From contig CAWCLO010000010.1 in assembly GCA_963796455.1 (NCBI GenBank), forward strand, positions 128,001 through 192,000: 64,000 nucleotides of DNA. Direction: 5' to 3'. The notes beneath the pieces were generated by a model. That model had not been told where the DNA came from, searched no databases, and saw only the letters and a program-made list of their open reading frames with translations. This document shows, one piece after another, positions 56,345 through 64,000 of the stretch; the first letter of the stretch is position 1, and each line of letters opens with the position of its first letter. The position numbers were made by a program, and so were the translations under genes. Origin of the DNA: Candidatus Sulfomarinibacteraceae bacterium. GTDB lineage: Bacteria > Acidobacteriota > Thermoanaerobaculia > Thermoanaerobaculales > Sulfomarinibacteraceae.

Positions 56345-58317
56345 CTATTCAAAGGCCGGCGGTTTGGCTCCCGCGACGGGGCGAATCGAGGTGATCGTGT
56401 CCCCGACCCGGAGTTGGGTCAGCACAGACCGTCCCTCCACCACCTCGCCGATGTTGGTGTAGTGGCCGGTCAGGTGATCGGCCGGCAGCAGGGTGAAGAA
56501 GAGCTGGCAGCCGCCGGTCTGGGGACCGGAGGTGGCGATGCCCACCCGCCACGAGTCAAAGGGCTTGAGCGACGCTTCATCGGGCAGGGCGAAACCGGGG
56601 CCGCCCCAGCCGTCGCCGCGCGGGTCGCCGCCCTGGACGACAAAGTTCGGGACCACGCGGTGGAAATCGAGCCCGTCGTAAAAGCCATCCTCGGCGAGAT
56701 CGGAGATCTCTCGACTTGTGAGCGGTGCCGCGGCCAGATCGAGTTTGATTCTGAAATTCCCGCGGTCGGTTGCAACATCGAGCCAACGCGGCTCGTTCAT
56801 CCACTCGACCAGTTCCTCGTACCAACGACTGCCGTGGCGGGCTTCACGGGCCGGCAGGGCGACCTCGATATCCAAACCGCGAGCCCCATTGACGAACAGG
56901 GCCACAGCCGCAGGATCGGAGTCACTCATGCCGATCATCTGTAGTTGGACACGGCGACCTTCCTCATCCTCGGTCGCCAAAGCGGTCACGAGAGCCTCGA
57001 CTCGAGCATCCGGCATCAGATCCTTTTTCCAGTGAGGTGTGAAGCTCGATCAGCCTTTCGGTGCCCGGGGCCGCATCTGCAGCCCGGAGGAGGCTGAGGA
57101 TCTGTGCGCGAACAGCCGAATCCGGGATCCACCGAAAGCAAGTCGAGGAGCTGCTTTGTGCGTTGGGACGTTTTTTCTTCATCGAGTGCGCCCAGCCAAG
57201 CCAGGCGAACACCGGCGTCTGCGGCCGAGGCCGCCGCTTTTTCGAACTCGGCGCCAAGATCGGCCGCTGCCCGGGCCACCGCCCGTTGCCGCCAGATTTG
57301 ATCCGACGCGGACCACTCCGCAGCGAGCTTTTTGGCGGTCTCGCGATTACGGACTGCAAGCACCGCAAGGGCCTCAGCGGCCAACCAGGGATCATCTCCA
57401 TTGACCACGGCCTGGACATCGCTGAGCTTTCCGATCTTCTGATGCTTTTTCGCCGCCGCCAGCGCAGCAGCTGCCACGTGGGGTTCTTTTGCTGAGAAAT
57501 CGGCAACGATATTCCCTCCGGCTGCGGACGACAACTCGACGTCTTCGTGGGCCGCCAGAGCGCCGTAGGCCGCCGCACGAACCCGCCAGTCGGCATCGTC
57601 GATGGCCTTGGTGAGAACCGTCATATCCGAGGCCGTGAGCGATCCACGTGCCAGGCCGCGTAAAACGGTGGCGCGAATCACGGGTTCTGCATCCCCCGCC
57701 ATGGTCCTCTGAGACGCCCGTGCCGCCGGCGCGCCGCTTCTTGACAGCGAGTACGCGGCAGCCCGTCGGAGATAGGCATCCTTGTGTTCGGCGTAGGGAG
57801 TCACCAATGGGATCCAGGCGGCATCCTCGAGGCGCCACAAATTGGCGAGCAGCGTCTCGAGCACCGCAACATCGCGTTCCTTCGAAATGGCCTGCGACAG
57901 AGCTTTGAATGCGTCGGGCCCGCCGTGGCACAGGGCCCACACCGCCGCCTGGCGGACAAAGGTCGAGCGATCGGTAACTCCCTGCAGCGCGACGTTGAGC
58001 CCGGCCGGTCCGAGCCGCCCAGCCGCAAGCATGGCCCTGTGGCGAACCCTTTCGTCGCTGTCTGAAGCATAGAGTTGGATCAGCCGCAATTTCTCCGGAT
58101 CCGGGTTCGACGCCAGGACTCCCGCCGCCTGCATCCGCACATTTGGATAGGGGTCTTTGAGCATGGCGACAGCGATCGAAAGATCGAGCGACCAGGTGTC
58201 AAGAGCCCGGAAGAGATAGACCTTCCTGGTGTCGATGCCACCCGGAGTCTGGGCACCGAGGGCAATGGAGAGGAAGATCAAAATCACCGATGTCGACGCA
58301 ATCCGTTTCATGATCAC
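56345..58317 (-). CDS. HEAT-repeat / cyclophilin-type peptidyl-prolyl isomerase fusion; two frameshifts near 57130 and 57030
   Basis: Signal peptide and HEAT repeats (57016..58317), bridging frame, then FYDGLDFHRVVPNFVVQGGDP and GGCQLFF (56345..57016). Confidence 0.85.
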
Positions 58318-59069
58318 GCTCCATAAAGCAGACGGTCACCGAGTACCGGGGGCAACCCAACACTCAAGATGCGGCGCCGGGCCACCGAGGCTCGGTAGGA
58401 AACCCGGTAGAGATAGAGCCGCCGTTGGTCGGTATCGAGGATCGCGTAGGAGGACCGGGGATCCCGGTCGCGGGGTTGACCGACCGAGCCGGGATTGATC
58501 AGGTAGCGGTGTTGGGGCTCGAGGTCGAGCACCAATCTCCGACCCGACAACAATCGAACTTTGAGGGTTTGTGTGCCGTTTTCTTCGCGCAGCATGAAGA
58601 GCGACGGGACGTGGGTATGGCCGAAAAAGATGATGTGGTGCGGAAGGCCGGCAAAGGCCGTCTGGGCGTCATAGGCCGAAAAGACATAGGCGTCTTCATC
58701 AACACTCGAACCGTGGCAGATTGCGACCCCTTCGGTCAGATCGGCGGGCCCTTCGGGGAAGGACTTGAGATACTCGAGGTTGCGATCTTCCAGGTGCTCG
58801 AGGGTCCACTCGGCTGCCTGACGCGCATAGCGGTTGAAGTAGTCGGCGCTGTCGATGCCCGAACAGACTCGATCGTGATTGCCCCGAACGTGCACCAGAT
58901 CCTTGCCGAGAGAACGCATCCAGTCCAGGACCCGATTTGGCGAAGCGCCGTAACCGACCGCATCACCGAGAAAGGCGACACGGTCGAATCTCTTTCTCCG
59001 AACATGGGCCCTGACCGCCTGAAGCGCCTCCCAGTTGGAGTGAATATCGCTCAGGATCAGATAGCGCAC
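58314..59069 (-). CDS. Metallophosphoesterase family protein
   Basis: SDIHSN, LGDAVGYG, RGNHD, GHTH, NPGSVGQPRD. Confidence 0.92.
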   Translation of the reverse strand: MRYLILSDIHSNWEALQAVRAHVRRKRFDRVAFLGDAVGYGASPNRVLDWMRSLGKDLVHVRGNHDRVCSGIDSADYFNRYARQAAEWTLEHLEDRNLEYLKSFPEGPADLTEGVAICHGSSVDEDAYVFSAYDAQTAFAGLPHHIIFFGHTHVPSLFMLREENGTQTLKVRLLSGRRLVLDLEPQHRYLINPGSVGQPRDRDPRSSYAILDTDQRRLYLYRVSYRASVARRRILSVGLPPVLGDRLLYGA

Positions 59070-59575
59070 GGCGCCTCCTGAACGGCTTCCACGACGGATT
59101 CGACCACCGCATCCAGTGCTTCCCCACCGTGAAGCGACACTCGAATCGAGGCCTGTCGATAACTCGGCAACCTCGATTCGAACAGCTCTTTTGCCTGGTC
59201 GGCACTGATGAATAGCGGTCGTTCTTCACTCTCGCGCAGCAGGCGTTCGTGGAGAGTTTTCCACGGCAGGTCGAGGTAGACCGAGACGCCGCCCGCCGAA
59301 CGGATGATCTCGCGATTATGCTCGCTGCAGAATGCTCCACCGCCGGTTGCAACCACGACGTCTTCGAGGCCGGCAATACACGCTAGTTCTTTACTCTCGG
59401 CGGTACGAAACTCGGTCTCTCCCTGTTGTTGAAAGACCTCTGCGATCGTTGATCCAAAGCCGTCGCAGAGGCGTTGGTCGAGATCGATAAAGCCACGGCC
59501 GAGACGGTTCGCCAACTCCCGGCCAACCGAGCTCTTACCCGCTCCCATGAATCCAACCAGGAAGATACCGCGCAT
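59057..59575 (-). CDS. aroK: Shikimate kinase
   Basis: GFMGAGKS, GETEFR..E, VATGGG, RPL. Confidence 0.95.
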   Translation of the reverse strand: MRGIFLVGFMGAGKSSVGRELANRLGRGFIDLDQRLCDGFGSTIAEVFQQQGETEFRTAESKELACIAGLEDVVVATGGGAFCSEHNREIIRSAGGVSVYLDLPWKTLHERLLRESEERPLFISADQAKELFESRLPSYRQASIRVSLHGGEALDAVVESVVEAVQEAPCAI

Positions 59576-59722
59576 CGTAAACAATTGTATCACCGAGGAT
59601 TTGGGTGCTTCATGGTGCGAAGCACCCTTTTTCCTGTCTCGGGTTTTCGTCCCCCGACCGTGCCGTTCTATTGAGTGCTTTTCGCGAAAACCCGAGACAG
59701 AAAAAATGAACCGAGATCGACG

Positions 59723-61064
59723 CTACGCCAGAAAACGTTCCATGAAATGGGTATCGACACGCCCCGACTGAAATTCCTCGTTGTCGAGGATGCGCAGGTG
59801 GAGTGCCGCCGAGGTCTTGACGCCCTCGATCTGCATCATCTCCAGGGCACGGCGACCACGCACCATCGCCTCGTCCCGGTCACGGCCGTGCACCAGGAGC
59901 TTGGCGATCAGGCTGTCGTAATATGGCGGCACCATATAGCCCGCATAGATATGGGTATCGAGTCGCACCCCTGGCCCACCCGGAAGCACGAGTTTTGTGA
60001 TCCGTCCAGGCGAGGGGGCAAAGGTCTCAGGGTCTTCCGCATTGATCCGAAACTCGATGGCATGGCCGTCTGGGCGAATTTTTTTCCTCTTCGGGATCGT
60101 CATCTGTTCACCGGCGGCGATCCGCAACTGCTCCTTGACGATGTCGACGCCGGTGACGAGTTCGGTCACCGGATGCTCGACCTGCACGCGGGTATTCATC
60201 TCCATGAAGGTGAAGCTGCCGTCCTCTGCAAGCAGAAACTCGATCGTACCGGCGTTCTGATATTTCGCGGCACGGGTGGCCGCAATCGCCGCCTTGCCCA
60301 TCTCGGCTCGAAGATCGTCGTCGATCGCGACGGATGGTGATTCCTCGATGATCTTCTGGTGTCGGCGTTGGATCGAGCACTCACGCTCGCCGAGATGAAT
60401 GATCCGACCGTGCGAATCTGCCAGGACCTGAAACTCGATGTGGCGGGGATTGACGAGATACTTTTCGAGATACAGCGTGGGGTCACCAAAGGCCCTTTCG
60501 GCCTCGTGCCAGGCCGTGTCATAGGCATTCTGAAGCTCGTCCCGGTTCCAAGCCAGACGCATGCCTCGCCCGCCGCCGCCGGCCGAGGCCTTGAGGATGA
60601 CCGGATAACCAATACTTTTCTGCCAGCTCGAGCGCTTCGCCGCTCGCTTTGAGGGGGCCATCCGACCCCGGAAGGATCGGGACCTCTGCTGCCGCCATGG
60701 TCTCGCGGGCCTTAGATTTATTGCCCATGAGGCGAATAGCCTCGGGAGAAGGACCGATGAATGTCAGACCGCATTCACCGACGATTTGGGCGAAATGGGC
60801 ATTTTCGGCCAAGAACCCATATCCCGGGTGAATTGCTTCCACGCGAGTGATCCGGGCAGCGGACATGACCGAAGTGACGTTGAGATAGGAACCGGCGGAA
60901 TCGGAAGGACCGATACAGACGGCCTCGTCCGCCAATTGAACGTGCAGACACTCGCGGTCGGCTTCCGAATGGATAGCGACCGTTCCAACTCCGAGTTCGC
61001 GGCAGGCGGCGATGATCCGCACCGCGATTTCCCCGCGGTTGGCGATCAGGATCTTGGAGAACAT
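59723..61064 (-). CDS. accC: Acetyl-CoA carboxylase biotin carboxylase; frameshift near 60615
   Basis: [10 protein letters not shown] and [10 protein letters not shown] in one frame; [38 protein letters not shown] in the next. Confidence 0.95.
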
Positions 61065-61088
61065 TTCAGCGCAGTCCTCTTGCCTGGA

Positions 61089-61568
61089 TCACGGGCGAAC
61101 CAGGAACAACTGTTCGCCAAACTCCACCGGTTGCGCATTTTCGGGCAGGACCTTGACGACGGTCCCGGAAATATCGCTCTCGATTTCGTTCATCAATTTC
61201 ATCGCCTCGACGATACAGAGCGTTTGGCCCTTCTCCACATAGTCGCCGACTTTGGCATATGGATCGGCATCTGGGTTTGGAGCGCGATAGAAGGTTCCTA
61301 CGATCGGCGAAGTGATGGCGTGAAGGTCGTCCTCCTCCGGGGCTGCGGTTGCCGCCGGCGAATCTGCATCCACTGCTGCGACCAGGGCGGACTCCGCCGG
61401 CGCCGCGGCGCTGGCCGGAATCGGCGCAGCGACCGCCTGCGCAACCACCATTTGCGATTTGCCTTCGATACGAACCCGCGAGCCCGCGTGTTCGACCTCG
61501 ACACTCGCGACACCGCTCGAACCGATCAATTCGATCAGCTGACAAATTTCCTCGAACTTGAACATCAA
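61089..61568 (-). CDS. accB: Biotin carboxyl carrier protein
   Basis: [11 protein letters not shown] and EAMKLMNEI. Confidence 0.97.
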   Translation of the reverse strand: MMFKFEEICQLIELIGSSGVASVEVEHAGSRVRIEGKSQMVVAQAVAAPIPASAAAPAESALVAAVDADSPAATAAPEEDDLHAITSPIVGTFYRAPNPDADPYAKVGDYVEKGQTLCIVEAMKLMNEIESDISGTVVKVLPENAQPVEFGEQLFLVRP

Positions 61569-61577
61569 GGTTTCACC

Positions 61578-61931
61578 TCAGATAAATTCGGAGTAGAGGC
61601 GCGTGCGGGTGAGTCGGCTCAAAAAACGGCCCTTTCCTGTCAGCCCGTCCCGCGCCAACACCAGGACCAGAAAATACCCGGCAGCAATGGTGGTCAGAAT
61701 AATGACCGCATCTTCTGCAAACACCGAGCATTGTTCCAGACGCCCGTGCCGGAATTCTCTCGACGCCTCAACAAGATCGCGAAGGATCGCGGCCAATTCC
61801 GCGCCGATGGTTTCCAGCGAACCATCGCGCGGTGTCACCACCACCGGAATGCCGTCGGGGTCGACGATGGCAGCGCCGCGAGCCCCCGGACAATTCTCGA
61901 TGAGGTTGTGCATCGACTCGTCGAAATTCAC
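61578..61931 (-). CDS. Roadblock/LC7-domain protein (MglC-like)
   Basis: 117 aa, GARGAAIVDPDGIPV, GKGRFL C-terminal helix; directly upstream of accB. Confidence 0.8.
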   Translation of the reverse strand: MNFDESMHNLIENCPGARGAAIVDPDGIPVVVTPRDGSLETIGAELAAILRDLVEASREFRHGRLEQCSVFAEDAVIILTTIAAGYFLVLVLARDGLTGKGRFLSRLTRTRLYSEFI

Positions 61932-63185
61932 GATTCCAGCTTCTCCGCGGCCAGTCTAACCGCCTCGAGCCAGCGCTGCAACGCTCGGGTCCTCTCGTCG
62001 GCGCCGGCCGGGTCGTCTCCAGAGCCCGTATCGGCTCCGTTTCGGGCGGCAAAGGTGTCGAGTAATGCCATGGCCTCCGCCTGGCCGGGGTCACGCTCGA
62101 GCACAGCTCGTGCTGTCCTCTCGGCCAGGGCAAAATCGCCCTGCTCCATCGCGAGCCGCGCGAGGGTCAGGGTCGGCATGGGCACATCGTCTGCTATTTC
62201 GGCCCTGTTTTCGCCGACTGGGGCTTGCATCGCGTCCTCGTCTTCGACTGCGGCCTGCGCCTCGAGCTCGAAGACCGGCACGGGTTCGACTTCGAGAAGG
62301 GTTCGATTCGAGCACGGTTCATCCAGAATCTCGGGCTCCGGAATCACTTCTTGAACCGCCGGAGGGGGCACATCACCCGCAGTTTCTTGCAGGATTTCGA
62401 CCTCTGAAGGCTCACTTTGTAGCTCCTCGACCTCCATCGAACCGGTGTCGAATGACCGCGTCTTCAGAAGAATCGTCGGAGACGATTTCAAAATCCGTCT
62501 CTTCGCTCAGAATGAGCGGTTCTTCACCCTCCGCCTCGATTTCATCCACAGATTCCGGGGTTTCGGCGAAAACCTCGGGCTCCTCAATCACGACCTCGTC
62601 TGCGGCAGAACCCGGTTCATCCCATGTCGTTTCGAAAACATCATTTGCGTTCTCTTCCGGGCCAGCGCCACCGGCTTCATCGACGACAAAGATTTCTTCG
62701 GCCTCGGGGTCCTCGGCCGGAACATGAGCGGGCGTCGCCTCAACCGAAGTGTCGGGTGCTTTGACCTCGAGCATCCCGAGTTCGTCCAGCCGCTCTTCGA
62801 CAAATACAATTCGTTCATCGAGGGCATCGTCCTGCGGCATGATCCCTCGCGCTCGCTTGAGGTTCTTCACCGCCTCGATCCAATCGCCGTTGGCGATCGC
62901 CGCCTCGCCGGCAGACCTCGCTGCGACTCCGTTTTCCGGGTCGAGCTCGAGAGCCTTGGAAAAGGCCACCACAGCGTCCGCTGCATCACCCTTGTCATGC
63001 AGCGCCCGCCCCAGGCTGACCCAGGCAGCAACGTAGCGGGGATGCTGGCTCAGGCCATTGCGGAGAACCTCGATGGCCTCGTCGATCTCACCCTCACGGC
63101 GGAGATGCTCACCGAGCTTGAAGAAGATCCGGGAGGTTGGGTCCTCCCGGAGTTCGAATCGCAGCTGCTCGAGACGATAGTCCAC
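61928..63185 (-). CDS. Tetratricopeptide-repeat protein with acidic linker; frameshift near 62455
   Basis: DPTSRIFFKLGEHLRREG TPRs, acidic linker, C-terminal PTLTLARL..EQG...LQRWLEAV. Confidence 0.8.
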
Positions 63186-63190
63186 GGTTT

Positions 63191-63225
63191 TAAAAAAAGC
63201 CGCCACCCGTTACAGGTGGCGGCTA
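63191..63225 (-). terminator. Rho-independent terminator
   Basis: agccgccacc-tgtaacg-ggtggcggct followed by a T run on the minus strand. Confidence 0.75.
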
Positions 63226-63229
63226 TTCA

Positions 63230-64000
63230 TTACGGGGTTGCCGTTCCAGCGAGGGCAACGACCTCAAGCTTGGAGGAGCCTCCGCTGTCATAGGTGATCG
63301 AGAGTTGTCCGGACTTGACGCCCGCCGAGGCGGGGCTGAAGCGCATGGTGTAGTTGCAGCCATCGTTGTAAGTCGAGGACCGGCGCACATCCATTGTTCA
63401 CCTCGACGAAGGAGGCATCACCACTTTGGGTGATTGTCAGGTTCGTGGCGCTCTCTCCGCCGAGATTGAAGACCAGTAGATCCTGGTTTGCCGAATCGTT
63501 GCCGGCCTGCGTGTCGGGGAAGTTCCAGGTTCCCTGAGGATTGGTCACAACATTCGCCGGCGTCGGTTCGCACGACGTTGATGTCGGCTCGATCACCATC
63601 GCGCCCACCAGGGTGTTGCTGCAGTCGCCCGGGAAGTTCCGAACGGTGACGTTGACCGGTGTCGACGTCAGCTGTTCACCCGGGATATCCGGCGGGATGA
63701 TGCACGTCGATGTCGAGAAACGACTCCGAGATCGTCCATGCTCGGCAGATTGAAGATCTCGATGGAGGTGTCGCTGAGGACATCGACATCTCCGCTCGGC
63801 ACGACATAGGAACCGACCGATACCAGGAGATTTTCGGCAAAGTACTGACCGTTGATCGCCAACTCATCCGGAATGACGTTGCGGTCGACAATATTGTCGA
63901 TCGGTGAAGATCACCGGATCGACCGAAAGGACGCAGCGGCGAGTTGCCGAGGAGCGTGAAGATCGCCACCTACGACCTCGAGGTTGCTCTCGAGGAGGAC
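63230..64000 (-). CDS. C-terminal part of an Ig-like-domain surface protein; several frameshifts; runs off window
   Basis: Joined fragments INGQYF...VNVTVRNFPGDC...WNFPDTQAG...CNYTMRFSPASAGVKSGQLSITY...ALAGTATP-TAA resemble IPT/TIG and ASH-type domains. Confidence 0.6.

Noticed and set aside
60605..60625. Programmed ribosomal frameshift in accC or the kinase
   Set aside because: No canonical slippery site with a stimulator, and similar indels occur throughout; assembly error is simpler.

Overview
High-GC bacterial chromosomal window. The gene content (GWxTD protein, Calx-beta surface proteins ending in a DGFESGD-like motif, tilS-hpt-ftsH-folP-cdaA-cdaR-glmM) suggests Acidobacteriota, probably Thermoanaerobaculia; this is inference and should be checked with the 16S. 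It holds a complete minus-strand rRNA operon (16S, tRNA-Ile, tRNA-Ala, 23S, 5S) with tandem promoters, tRNA-Phe, a tRNA-CAU, a TolC/MFP/RND efflux operon, tolQRAB, hflX, apbC, accBC, aroK, purN and two paralogous Calx-beta surface-protein genes. Many genes, including essential accC, carry single-base frameshifts that look like long-read assembly errors. Most notable: (1) a four-helix-bundle gene inside a TIR- and heptamer-flanked, self-complementary cassette, with three gene-less derivatives elsewhere in the window, suggesting an undescribed mobile or RNA-excised element family; (2) an unannotated small membrane peptide ending the RND operon with an in-frame UGA and a SECIS-like hairpin (candidate selenoprotein); (3) a duplicated tRNA-Phe 3' half plus an antisense copy of its anticodon arm whose two mismatches both become G-U pairs; (4) nested inverted 6-9-mer repeat arrays in many intergenic spaces; (5) HemL and Hpt homologues lacking catalytic residues.
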